Of a stretch of 64,000 bases of DNA, positions 48,321 to 58,247 are shown piece by piece. The stretch covers positions 33,685 to 97,684 of the forward strand of contig NZCK01000007.1 of the NCBI GenBank assembly GCA_002688265.1, read 5' to 3'. The number at the start of each line of letters is the position of its first letter. Position 1 is the stretch's first letter. Made by a program: the position numbers and the translations under genes. This DNA comes from an archaeon. GTDB lineage: Archaea; Nanobdellota; Nanobdellia; Woesearchaeales; GW2011-AR9. Below the pieces are notes generated by a model. The model did not search any database. It saw only the letters and a program-made list of their open reading frames with translations, and was not told the DNA's origin.

Positions 48321-48739
48321 ATTGATGTAAGAGATATATCTCTACTTCCTCCGTGCTTTATGACCAAAGAAAAGTAAGTCTTTTTGTCTTTTCTTCAGAG
48401 CTCTTAAAGAGCATTTAGTGTAATTGACTTGTTTTTTTTGTTCTTGGTTTATAAATTTATTGGGGAGTTGTTGTGGAATTCTATTTTTATGTTTAATTTT
48501 TTGTTTTGATATGTAGACTTTAGATGAAGAAAGTTTATAATGTGAGTATTTTGGAGTGGTGTTCTAAAGACAACAAAAGAAAACAGTTGGCCTGAAATAA
48601 GAAATAAAGATTAAAATTTGCTTTAAAACCAATTAAACAAAATTAATTTGTTTGAGGAATCTGTAAAAAAGACATAATTTTGCTTTGTTCAGGATTAGAA
48701 AGATATTTAAATTAGTAAATGTTTACTTTTGGTAATAAA

Positions 48740-49510
48740 ATGGTTAAAACAATAGGAATTCTGGGAGGGATGGGTCCCGAAGCGACAAATCAGCTAAGTT
48801 TTTTGATTACTTCACTTACTCCAGCTTCAAAAGACCAAGATCACATCCCAGTCATTACATGGAATAATTCCAAAATCCCCCACAGAATTGATGCAATTTT
48901 TAAAAACACAAAAAGCCCAGTGCCAGAAATGGTAAGGATGGCGCAAGGACTAGAATTTTTGGGTTGCGATTATTTAGTTATGCCATGTAACACCGCCCAC
49001 CTCTATCTCAAAGACATACAGCCCAACATAAGAATCCCTTTCATAAACTTCATGGAAGAAGTTACAAGATACATTAAAGAACAATTTCCAAAAGTGCGAA
49101 GAATTGGACTTCTAGGCACCAACATGACTGCAAAGATGAAACTTTACGAAACACCTTTGCTCCGCGAAGATTTTGTAGTCTTAATGCCTTCTGAAGAAAA
49201 AATAGAGGATGTAACTAAAGCAATTTATGAAATAAAGAGCGGACGTAAAGATAGAGCTAGGATATTATTTAAACAGGCAGCAAAAGAACTTATTGACAAT
49301 GGAGCAGAAGTTGTTATTTCAGGATGCACAGAGATCCCACTTGTTCTAAATCAAGAAAATGTAAATTTCCCTTTGATTGACCCCTCTCTTGTTGTGGCAA
49401 AGAGAGTTGTGGAGTTATCCCTTGGAGAACAAGCAAACACAGAATTATTAAGTGTAGCTACACAAGAAGTTATATCTGTTCAAAGTTCTGCGAATTTCTC
49501 GGTGAAGTAA
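48740..49510 (+). CDS. Asp/Glu/hydantoin racemase family enzyme (aspartate racemase-like).
   Basis: IGILGGMGPEAT N-terminal motif and a second conserved Cys region (ISGCTEIP). The track ORF starts 21 nt upstream. Confidence 0.7.
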   Translation: MVKTIGILGGMGPEATNQLSFLITSLTPASKDQDHIPVITWNNSKIPHRIDAIFKNTKSPVPEMVRMAQGLEFLGCDYLVMPCNTAHLYLKDIQPNIRIPFINFMEEVTRYIKEQFPKVRRIGLLGTNMTAKMKLYETPLLREDFVVLMPSEEKIEDVTKAIYEIKSGRKDRARILFKQAAKELIDNGAEVVISGCTEIPLVLNQENVNFPLIDPSLVVAKRVVELSLGEQANTELLSVATQEVISVQSSANFSVK

Positions 49511-49511
49511 A

Positions 49512-51071
49512 ATGTATGATATTTTGATTATTAATGGAGACGTGATAGATGGAACAGGGAAGCCAAGATATAAAGCAGACCTAGGAATTATTGGAAAAAA
49601 GATAGTAAAGATAAGAGATTTAAAGAATTCCAAAGCAAAGAAAATTATTGATGCAAAAGATAAAATTGTTTGTCCTGGATTTATAGATATACATTCTCAT
49701 TCTGATTTCTCAATATTAACTAACCCTTTTGCTAATAGCAAAATCCTCCAAGGCGTAACCACAGAGGTTGTCGGAAATTGTGGAGACTCAGCATTTCCCA
49801 TTAGAGAAAGAAATAGAGAAGAAATCCAAGAACTTGTTCAAAATAAATATGGATTTTCGCCCAGTTGGGAAGATTATGAAGAATACGTAAAATTAGTTAG
49901 TAAAAAAGGATGCGCAGTAAACATATTACCATTATTAGGATACAATACACTAAGATCAGCAATTGTGGGGCACGAAGACATTATTCTTTCAAATGAACAA
50001 AAAACTCTAATGAAAACAATTATTGAAGATTACATGAAAAAAGGAGGCATTGGCATCTCAACAGGACTTATTTATTCTCCAGGAACATTTGTTGGAACAG
50101 AAGAGATTATAGAGATGTGCAAGGTTGTTGCAAAACACAATGGGATTTACACAACACATATCAGAGGAGAGGACGAGAGAATAATCAAATCAATTCTTGA
50201 AGCAAATGAAATTGCAGAAAAAGCAGAAATTAGCACTCAGATTTCTCACTTAAAAATATTAGAAGAAGAAAACTGGCACCTTATTGGAGATTTGATTAAA
50301 ATATTAGATGAGAAAATTTCAGCAAACAAAAATATTAGTTGTGACCAATACCCATATACTGCCTCATTTAAAAACCTTAAAGCAATTCTTCCAAATTGGG
50401 CAAAAGAAGGAGGAGACAAAAAAATAATTGAAAGACTCTCAGATAAAGAATCTTTAATAAAAATAGAAAAAGAAATAAAAATAAATCCAGACAAGATCAA
50501 GGTGTCTTTCCTATCAAATGAAAAATTTCAAAATCTTATAGGAAAAAAACTAAGTAGAATTGCAGATGAATTAAAAGTAACCGAATTTGAAGCATTTTCA
50601 ATAATACTAAAAGCAGATATCAAAACAAAAGCCATATTCATAAATCAATCTGAAGAAGTTATTGAGAAACTCATGAAAAAAGACTATGTCATGATTGGTT
50701 CAGATGGTTACGCAAGAAACACACAAGGAATCTTATCAAATGGAGCAAACCACCCAAGAGATTTCGGATCATTCACAAGAGTTCTTTCAAACTATGTTAG
50801 AGAGAGAAAAATTATCTCTCTTGAAAAAGCAATTAAAAAAATGACTTCTTTGCCAGCAATAAAACTAAATCTGCAAGATAGAGGAACTATTGAAGTTAAT
50901 AAAATTTCTGATATAATAATATTTGATGCACTAGAGGTTAAAGACAAGGCAACATTTGACTCTCCAAAACAATATTCAAAAGGAGTAGAAGAAGTCATTG
51001 TTAATGGAAAGCATGTTGTTGAGATGGGCAAAATAAACAACATACTAGCAGGAGAGGTAATTAGAATATGA
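49512..51071 (+). CDS. N-acyl-D-amino-acid deacylase (D-aminoacylase) family amidohydrolase.
   Basis: MYDILIINGDVIDGTG...VCPGFIDIHSHSD is the metal-dependent amidohydrolase N-terminus typical of D-aminoacylases. 519 aa. Its start is 2 nt after the racemase stop and its end overlaps the next gene (ATGA). Confidence 0.7.
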   Translation: MYDILIINGDVIDGTGKPRYKADLGIIGKKIVKIRDLKNSKAKKIIDAKDKIVCPGFIDIHSHSDFSILTNPFANSKILQGVTTEVVGNCGDSAFPIRERNREEIQELVQNKYGFSPSWEDYEEYVKLVSKKGCAVNILPLLGYNTLRSAIVGHEDIILSNEQKTLMKTIIEDYMKKGGIGISTGLIYSPGTFVGTEEIIEMCKVVAKHNGIYTTHIRGEDERIIKSILEANEIAEKAEISTQISHLKILEEENWHLIGDLIKILDEKISANKNISCDQYPYTASFKNLKAILPNWAKEGGDKKIIERLSDKESLIKIEKEIKINPDKIKVSFLSNEKFQNLIGKKLSRIADELKVTEFEAFSIILKADIKTKAIFINQSEEVIEKLMKKDYVMIGSDGYARNTQGILSNGANHPRDFGSFTRVLSNYVRERKIISLEKAIKKMTSLPAIKLNLQDRGTIEVNKISDIIIFDALEVKDKATFDSPKQYSKGVEEVIVNGKHVVEMGKINNILAGEVIRI

Positions 51072-52450
51072 AAACAGTAGCAGAGCAACTAATAGATATG
51101 CAAATTGGACAAAGCGCAACATATCTTCTCTCAATCAGAGGTGCCCATCCCGCATATATGGCAACACTATCAGACAGATTAATCGAGGAAGGCAGACATT
51201 TAGGAGACAATGTTGTTAATATAAACATAACCTCAGAACCATCTTCAGACTATGGAGGACATAGAACAGTCTTAGTTACGGATCCAAGAAGAGAAACAAA
51301 TGGACAGATTGGAAATGGATATGTTCACCCAACTCTTGAAGAAGAAGAATTACATGAAATGGTATTTGGAAACTCAGAAACTATTGCTGTGTTAAGACAA
51401 CTAATTGAAGAAGGAAATAGAGTAGTTATTAATCCATATAAAAATTCTTTACACATTGATGGACTTGACATAGCAATTCCAGATATTGAAGTTCTTGGAC
51501 CAACAGGAAATCTTGTTGAAAGTTGGGACAATAAGTTTTACCAGTTCTCAAGATTCCAAGAATCTGGCCTAAATGTTCCACCAGGAGAAATTGTAGAAGG
51601 ATTAAATGAGCTTGAGAGAAAATTAGCGGAAATTGATTCAGAGGAAGGTGCATTTGTAACAATAAAAAATAGTCACTCTGGACTTGGAAGCGCTCGAGTT
51701 AGATCAGTAGAAGATATAAGAAGAAGATTTACAAATCCTCATGAAACTTATTTAATTACTAGTTGGATAAAAGATATTGTATGTGCACCTTGTTGTTTTG
51801 GAATTGTTGGAGATGAAGGAGTATTAGTATTAGATCCCGCAGACCAAATCTTTGAAAACCAAGTCCAATATAGAGGAAACATTTTTCCATCAATCCTGTC
51901 AAGAGAACTGCAAAATAAAGTAAGAGAAGAGAATAGAAAAGTAGGAGAACTTCTTAAAAAAGATGACTATAGAGGAATCTACTGTTGCGATTTTATCAGC
52001 GATGGAAAGGAGATTTACCTCATTGAGGTGAACCCAAGAAAGTTTGGCCACCTCTCTACATTGACACTGATGTACGATGCTGAAGGAAAAGTAAACATCC
52101 CACAGTTAATTTTGAATTCCCATTTCTCTGAACCAATTTTCAATGGAGAAGATAAGCAACAAGTAGGTGTTAATCCAAATTATAATTGGTCAATGTACAG
52201 GATTGTTCAAAATACAGAAACTCCTTTAATTTTGACCAAAGATATTTCTGAATTAGTTGGAGAAACAGATGAAGCAAAAACATTTGACAGTTATGGTGTT
52301 GTTGCAGTAAATCCTTTGGCAGCAGGCACCATCATTCATCCAGGAGCAACGTTGGCAAGATTATGTGTATATCAACCTTCAAGAGAAGATGTGCTTAAGG
52401 CAATTAGATCCACCGAAGCACTTATTAGGCAAAACACGAAACCATACTAA
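51068..52450 (+). CDS. ATP-grasp family ligase of unknown substrate.
   Basis: C-terminal IYCCDFISDGKEIYLIEVNPRK (E-x-N-x-R Mg/ATP motif) and the preceding glycine-rich loop region. The N-terminal substrate domain is unassigned. Confidence 0.6.
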   Translation: MKTVAEQLIDMQIGQSATYLLSIRGAHPAYMATLSDRLIEEGRHLGDNVVNINITSEPSSDYGGHRTVLVTDPRRETNGQIGNGYVHPTLEEEELHEMVFGNSETIAVLRQLIEEGNRVVINPYKNSLHIDGLDIAIPDIEVLGPTGNLVESWDNKFYQFSRFQESGLNVPPGEIVEGLNELERKLAEIDSEEGAFVTIKNSHSGLGSARVRSVEDIRRRFTNPHETYLITSWIKDIVCAPCCFGIVGDEGVLVLDPADQIFENQVQYRGNIFPSILSRELQNKVREENRKVGELLKKDDYRGIYCCDFISDGKEIYLIEVNPRKFGHLSTLTLMYDAEGKVNIPQLILNSHFSEPIFNGEDKQQVGVNPNYNWSMYRIVQNTETPLILTKDISELVGETDEAKTFDSYGVVAVNPLAAGTIIHPGATLARLCVYQPSREDVLKAIRSTEALIRQNTKPY

Positions 52451-52483
52451 GATTTATAACAAAGAAAATTATACTAACTGACA

Positions 52484-53089
52484 ATGCAACCATACTTCGC
52501 AACTACAGAATACACTACAGCAGCCTCTGCTGTTCTCAACATCATGAAGATCTTAGACTCTTCTGTTGAAATGTGTCAAAGCGAAGAGTTTCGCATCTGG
52601 CAAAAAACAACCATCCTACCAACTAGAGCTAGCTCAGTATTTGCTCTAGCTAAATACGCTAAAGAAAAAGGGCTGAACGTTAAAGTAATCGCAGCCAAAG
52701 AAGAATATGATTTCCCAGATTACAGATTCTACAGATACAGCAAAGCAGATGTAGATAGCGCAAAGTTAAGCGCTAGACTCCTTCGAGAAGAAGCAATTAA
52801 CTCAGGAGTACCAGTAGAGATTAGAGATTTTGATCTGAAAGAAATCAACTCTGAGTTAAAGAAAGGAAATATTTTACTATTACGATTGAACGTGAAACCA
52901 ATTAGAAATCTAAAACGTAACTCAAGTAATTACATAATCATCAAAGAATTCGATGGTAAAAACTACAACATTATTGACACCGGCAATTCAGCCATGACCA
53001 TCAGCTGCGAAATGCTCCAAGAATGTTTTGAAACATTAGAGTCAAAGAAACATAGAGACCATAGGATGATTGTGTTTTCTAGAGAGTGA
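52484..53089 (+). CDS. Hypothetical protein, last gene of the racemase/ATP-grasp cluster.
   Basis: 201 aa, ends in TGA. It has a weak resemblance to papain-like/C39-like folds but lacks a clear catalytic Cys. Confidence 0.4.
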   Translation: MQPYFATTEYTTAASAVLNIMKILDSSVEMCQSEEFRIWQKTTILPTRASSVFALAKYAKEKGLNVKVIAAKEEYDFPDYRFYRYSKADVDSAKLSARLLREEAINSGVPVEIRDFDLKEINSELKKGNILLLRLNVKPIRNLKRNSSNYIIIKEFDGKNYNIIDTGNSAMTISCEMLQECFETLESKKHRDHRMIVFSRE

Positions 53090-53276
53090 TTTAAAGTAAT
53101 TTTTAGGTTTTTTTCTTATTTGAAGACAATATTTAAATTCATTACTAAGTAATTTAGGAGAATTTTCGTTGAAACTAGCTAGCAATTAATATTTTAGCTT
53201 CAAAAGATTTAAATAAGTAAGATATATACATAGTTGTGAAAATATACTTTTTTGTATATTGGATTAGAGTAATTTA

Positions 53277-53425
53277 TTGGGGAGGCTTCGCTCGCTAACG
53301 CTCACTCGGAACGCGGCCGGGCCTAAGTTCCGCCTCTCAACTTCGCCTTTCTTTAAAAGGCTCAGGTCGAGATCAATGTTTGATTTGCTGCTTTGGCATA
53401 TTGGCCGCACGTTCGCCCTCCCCAA
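53277..53425. ncRNA. Conserved GC-rich structured element, copy B. It is in inverse orientation relative to copy A at 3343-3486.
   Basis: Its reverse complement aligns block-for-block with copy A. The terminal helix ttggggagg/cctccccaa covaries with A's gataagg/ccttatc. The overlapping 5' end of track ORF 53277..54218 is judged non-coding. Confidence 0.45.
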
Positions 53426-53447
53426 TAAAAACTTAGGAGAAAATAAC

Positions 53448-54218
53448 ATGTGCAGAATATTGATTGCAGCAGGAAAAATAAACAGTGAAGAATTACTTCA
53501 AGCAACAATAGCCATGGCTAAAGATGAAACCTCTACTCACGAATTTAATGAAGCAAATGGCCCTGGATCATGGCAACATGACGACGGATGGGGCATTGCT
53601 TGGATAAAAGACAACGACTGGCAACGATTCAAATCCACAACAGCAATCTTTAATGACCCACAAGTTAGATCTTTCTCAAACCTTGAAAGTGAGTTTATTA
53701 TGATACATGTTAGAAGAAGAATGGGAAGCGAAACTGCAATTGAAAACACACACCCATTTCATATGAACCGTCACGATGTAGGAAATTTTATGTTCTGCCA
53801 CAACGGATACGCAGGAGAAAAGTTTTCATTTTGCCCTAGTTTTAAATTAAAAGGGAAAACAGATTCTGAAAGATTATTTTACTCAATCCTAACAGAAATG
53901 AAAAACCACGACATCAGATGCTCAATCAGAAACGTTTTTACAAACATAGAAACAAAAACAGGAAGTAATGTGGTCTTAGCAAACACAGACAAATCTTTTA
54001 TCGCACTTAAAGAAAATAAATATCCTGTATACTACAGCATGTATATTGGAAGACGTGAAGGATGCGTTGTAATATCAAGTGAAAAATTGAATAAGCTGGA
54101 AGGATTTACTTGGGAAAAAGTTTCTATTGGAGAACTGATCAGTTTAGACCACAGAAACTTAGAAATTGAAAAATTGAAAACTACTGCTTGCCAACAAAAA
54201 CAAATAATTAATGGATGA
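53448..54218 (+). CDS. Class II (Ntn) glutamine amidotransferase-like protein (YafJ/EgtC-type).
   Basis: It starts MCRILIA, with the nucleophilic Cys2 directly after Met1. RBS-like aggag lies 9 nt upstream. Downstream are HDDGWGIAW and NGYAGEK-type Ntn motifs. Confidence 0.65.
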   Translation: MCRILIAAGKINSEELLQATIAMAKDETSTHEFNEANGPGSWQHDDGWGIAWIKDNDWQRFKSTTAIFNDPQVRSFSNLESEFIMIHVRRRMGSETAIENTHPFHMNRHDVGNFMFCHNGYAGEKFSFCPSFKLKGKTDSERLFYSILTEMKNHDIRCSIRNVFTNIETKTGSNVVLANTDKSFIALKENKYPVYYSMYIGRREGCVVISSEKLNKLEGFTWEKVSIGELISLDHRNLEIEKLKTTACQQKQIING

Positions 54219-54387
54219 ATATCCCTTTGTTCTAATTAAAAAATATATTTGAATATATGTTATTCCAATAGAGATTAGATTGTATAGGTTATAATATAGA
54301 TTATTACTGTCTTCATTTGATATTTATTCTCAAGCTTACAAATCTTTATATAGAGTTCCCTGTGCAAACCAATTGGTGATAAAACCG

Positions 54388-55998
54388 ATGGAGCAAAAAG
54401 GTTTAGATGAGATAGAAGAATCCTTCTTAGGTGAAGAGATAATTGAAGATGAGGTGTCATTCATGGCAGAGACAAAGACAGCAAAAACTGCAGCGAAAAA
54501 AGCTAAGGCAAGTAAAGCCACTAGCACTGAAAAAGAAACTGCAGCGAAAAAAGCTGAAAAAGTAGAAGTGGTTGAAGTAAAACAAGAAGAAGTTACTATC
54601 AGCCCAGTTGAAAAAGTTCCAGAACCAAAAGTAGATAAGGTTCAGAAAGAAGTTAAAGTTGAGCCAGTTGCTGAAAAGAAAACCGAACCAAAAGTTGAAG
54701 CATGGGGCAAAGACCCAACTGAAGCAAACGGAAGTAATGCATGGGCTATTCTTAGCGGAGTTTTAGTTGTACTGCTATTGATAAGTGTCTTTACACAAGG
54801 TTTTTCCTTTGGAGACAATACTGCATTAAGTGGAGAAGAGATTGGTCTTTCTGCTGCAGAAGAGTTAGTACAAGAATATGTTAACACAAACTTACTACCA
54901 GACCCATTTACAGCAGGTCTTGTTAGTAGTGAAGAGTTGAATGATTTATACAGAGTAACATTAACAGTGAACGGACAAGAAATTGATTCGTACATAACAA
55001 AAAGCGGAGATCTATTCTTTCCACAAGGATTAGAAATTGAAGATGTTGCAGATACAACAGATACCGAACTTGAAGCTGTTGACAGAGTTGATGTTTCAAC
55101 TGACGACGATACAGTTAAAGGTGACCCTAATGCACCAGTTACTATTGTTGAATTCAGTGACTACGAATGTCCTTTCTGTGGAAAATTTTATGATGACACA
55201 TATGCTTTGTTAGTAGAAAATTATATTGATACTGGTATCGCAAAATTGGCATTTAGAGACTTCCCATTATCATTCCATCCCGAAGCTGAAGGAGCTGCAA
55301 TTGCAGCCGAATGTGCCGGCGAACAAGACGCATACTTTGGAATGCATGACTTACTTTTCGAAAACCAAGAAAGCCTAAGTTCTGAGTTATACTTAGCTTT
55401 GGCTGAAGAACTGGAACTTGATTTAGTAGAGTTTAACACCTGCTTAGATGATCCAGCAATGGCAGACGAAGTGGCAGCCGACATGGCAGATGGAAGCTCT
55501 TTTGGCGTTTCAGGAACACCTGCGTTTTTCATTAACGGAGAATTGATTTCAGGAGCACAACCTTACGAAGCGTTTGTTGCAGCAATTGAACGAGCTTTAG
55601 CAGAATTATCTGTTGAAGAGGTAGAAGTTGAAGCAGCTGAGGAAGTTGTTGAAGAGGTTGCTGAAGTTGAGGAAGATGTCGCGGAAGAAGAAACTGTAGA
55701 AGAAGTAGCTGAAGAAGTTGTAGCTTCTGGAGAAACAGTATCTGTTGAACTGACCGCAAAGAAATGGAGATTCACCCCAAGTGACGTTTCTGTTTCTGTT
55801 GGAGATACTGTTGAATTAACAGTTGTTCCAGAAGACTTAGATGATTTTACTTTTAGCATTGCAGATCTTGGTGTAGAAGAAACTATTAGTGGAGAAACCC
55901 TAATTAGTTTTACAGCTACATACACTGGTAGCTTTGAGTACAGTTGTTCAAGTTGCGAAGAATGGCGTGGAATGACAGGTCAACTAGTTGTTGAGTAG
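54388..55998 (+). CDS. Membrane-anchored DsbA-like thiol-disulfide oxidoreductase fused to a C-terminal cupredoxin-like beta-sandwich domain.
   Basis: K/E/A-rich N-terminus, a TM helix, and a thioredoxin-fold CPFC active site (FSDYECPFCGKFYD). An acidic EEV repeat linker follows. The C-terminal domain is WRFTPSDVSVSVGDTVELTVV...YSCSSCEEWRGMTGQLVV. Confidence 0.6.
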   Translation: MEQKGLDEIEESFLGEEIIEDEVSFMAETKTAKTAAKKAKASKATSTEKETAAKKAEKVEVVEVKQEEVTISPVEKVPEPKVDKVQKEVKVEPVAEKKTEPKVEAWGKDPTEANGSNAWAILSGVLVVLLLISVFTQGFSFGDNTALSGEEIGLSAAEELVQEYVNTNLLPDPFTAGLVSSEELNDLYRVTLTVNGQEIDSYITKSGDLFFPQGLEIEDVADTTDTELEAVDRVDVSTDDDTVKGDPNAPVTIVEFSDYECPFCGKFYDDTYALLVENYIDTGIAKLAFRDFPLSFHPEAEGAAIAAECAGEQDAYFGMHDLLFENQESLSSELYLALAEELELDLVEFNTCLDDPAMADEVAADMADGSSFGVSGTPAFFINGELISGAQPYEAFVAAIERALAELSVEEVEVEAAEEVVEEVAEVEEDVAEEETVEEVAEEVVASGETVSVELTAKKWRFTPSDVSVSVGDTVELTVVPEDLDDFTFSIADLGVEETISGETLISFTATYTGSFEYSCSSCEEWRGMTGQLVVE

Positions 55999-56131
55999 AA
56001 TTCTTTGTTTTTTTGTTTTTTTTATTTTATATTTTTTTCTTATTTGTTTTAATTGATTTATATTCTAATTCCTTAATTAATACATTTCAATTTAGTAAAG
56101 TTTATAGATAATAAAGTTCGCTGAAACTACC

Positions 56132-57343
56132 ATGACACACATAAAATTCCTAGAAAAAGTAGCAAGCTTAATGCAGTTAAACGCTGAAGAACAAACCTAC
56201 CTCTCAACACCTGCTAGAATTCACACAGCAACAATTAACCTCTCTGGAGAAGAATGCCCCGCTTTTAGAATTCAATACAACGATGCAAGAGGACCAACCA
56301 AAGGAGGAATCAGATTTCACCCAGAAGTTGATGAACAAGAAGTTACATCCTTGGCTTTTTGGATGTCACTAAAAACAGCTGTAGTTGACATTCCATTAGG
56401 TGGTGCTAAAGGAGGAATACAAGTAAACCCAAAAAAACTCTCTAAAGAACAGCTGCAAGAATTAAGTCGGAAATATATTAGAGCATTTGTCGATCACATT
56501 GGCGTTGACAAAGATATACCTGCGCCAGACGTTTACACCACACCAGAAATTATGGCATGGATGTTAGATGAATTCGAAACAATTACAGGTAAAACTGAAC
56601 CAGGAATGATTACAGGAAAACCCCTAACTGTTGGAGGATCTAAATTAAGAGGAATTGCAACAGCATTAGGAGGAGTATATGTCCTACAAGAAGCATTAAG
56701 AAAAATTAACTTAGAAGGAAAAAGAGTAATCATTGAAGGGTTTGGAAACGCAGGAATGACAGCTGCAAAATTACTCGCTGAAAGAGGTTTCACTATTGTT
56801 GGAGTCAGTGATTCTACTGGAGGAATCTATAATGGTGAGGGATTAAATGTAGAAGAAATTATCAAAGCAAAAAAAGCTACAAGATCAGTAAAAACTTATG
56901 CAGAGGAACATGATGCAATAGAAGTTACTGGCAACGGTATTTTATTTGAAGCATGTGATATATTAGTTCCAGCAGCACTGGCAGATTCTATTACTGAAGA
57001 AAATGCAAATAAAATTAAAGCAAAAATAATTTTGGAACTTGCCAACGGACCAATAACAGCAGCAGCTGATGAAATTTTACACCAGAATAATATTCTGGTA
57101 TTGCCAGACATCTTAGCAAACGCAGGAGGAGTTACAGTTAGTTATTTTGAATGGGTACAAAACAGACAAGGATTCTACTGGGAAAAAGATTTAATTGACA
57201 GCCGATTAAAAAAGAAAATGATGGATTCCTTTAATCAAATCTGGGAAAGATTTGAATCGAACAATTATAGTTTTCGAGAGAACACCTACATTTTATCGAT
57301 TGAAAGAATTTTGATTGCCGCCAAACTTAGAGGAAAAATCTAA
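56132..57343 (+). CDS. gdhA: Glutamate (Glu/Leu/Phe/Val) dehydrogenase.
   Basis: KGGIRFHP, the catalytic-Lys block PLGGAKGGI, and the NAD(P) Rossmann motif GFGNAGM. Confidence 0.85.
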   Translation: MTHIKFLEKVASLMQLNAEEQTYLSTPARIHTATINLSGEECPAFRIQYNDARGPTKGGIRFHPEVDEQEVTSLAFWMSLKTAVVDIPLGGAKGGIQVNPKKLSKEQLQELSRKYIRAFVDHIGVDKDIPAPDVYTTPEIMAWMLDEFETITGKTEPGMITGKPLTVGGSKLRGIATALGGVYVLQEALRKINLEGKRVIIEGFGNAGMTAAKLLAERGFTIVGVSDSTGGIYNGEGLNVEEIIKAKKATRSVKTYAEEHDAIEVTGNGILFEACDILVPAALADSITEENANKIKAKIILELANGPITAAADEILHQNNILVLPDILANAGGVTVSYFEWVQNRQGFYWEKDLIDSRLKKKMMDSFNQIWERFESNNYSFRENTYILSIERILIAAKLRGKI

Positions 57344-58245
57344 TGCGAATTCACCATTATGTCCTAATTGCGTTAGGATTTTTTCTAATTTATTTTGGTT
57401 TATTTTCTTCTGCTGTTGATCAAGATTTAGGAGAAGTAGAATATATCATCTTAGATGATTTAGTGATTGGTGAAACAACAATCCCAGATAATAGAGAGGT
57501 GATGCTTGATGCAAAACCAATATTTATTGAAGGCAATTCCAATGAAGCTGTTTTAATATTTCATGGATATCTGGCTAGCCCACAAGAAGTTGCAGAGCTT
57601 GCAGAATATTTAGGAGATAAAAATTATACAGTCCTGGCACCTTTAATGAGTGGCCATGGAAGTCATCCTGAGGCCTTAGCAGAAATTAATTTTGAAGACT
57701 GGCAATCTGATGCCACAACTTACTATCAAGCATTAGATGCAGAGTATGACACCGTGCATGTGATTGGGTTCTCTCTGGGCTCTTTGTCAGCTTTATATCT
57801 TGCTGAACAATATGAACTAGATTCTGTAACGGCCATTGGACCACCATTTTACATTGGACATGAAATGTTAGACAACCTTAATTTGAGTAATGTTTTTCTG
57901 GAACTTGCAGAATATGTGCCAACAATCCCAAACCCAGTTAGCGTAAGTGACACTGTTGTTGGACGAGAACTTTATGATGAGTTCCCATTAGAATCAGTAA
58001 TTGAAATTTTAGAATATTGTGAGTTGGTTGAATCTGATCTAGCACTAGTAACTGAGAAAACATTGTTGATACACGGACAATTTGATACAACAGCAGACCC
58101 AGAAGGATCCATCTTGGTTTATGATTCAATCAGTTCCGAAGAAAAAGAGTTGGTTGAAGTTGCATCATTACACCCCGTTTTAATGGGCATACACAAAGAA
58201 GAAGTGTTTGAAGAGACCTATTTGTTTTTAGAAGAGGCAGAATAA
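57343..58245 (+). CDS. Alpha/beta-hydrolase fold esterase/lipase.
   Basis: G-x-S-x-G nucleophile elbow VIGFSLGSLSA with an N-terminal TM/signal. Its start overlaps the gdhA stop. Confidence 0.65.
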   Translation: MRIHHYVLIALGFFLIYFGLFSSAVDQDLGEVEYIILDDLVIGETTIPDNREVMLDAKPIFIEGNSNEAVLIFHGYLASPQEVAELAEYLGDKNYTVLAPLMSGHGSHPEALAEINFEDWQSDATTYYQALDAEYDTVHVIGFSLGSLSALYLAEQYELDSVTAIGPPFYIGHEMLDNLNLSNVFLELAEYVPTIPNPVSVSDTVVGRELYDEFPLESVIEILEYCELVESDLALVTEKTLLIHGQFDTTADPEGSILVYDSISSEEKELVEVASLHPVLMGIHKEEVFEETYLFLEEAE

Positions 58246-58247
58246 GC

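Noticed and set aside
53277-53447. N-terminal 57 codons of track ORF 53277..54218 as coding.
   Set aside because: They translate the GC-rich element B (MGRLRSLTLTRNAAGPK...). The real GATase start is the ATG at 53448, which has an aggag RBS 9 nt upstream and is followed directly by Cys2, the Ntn nucleophile.
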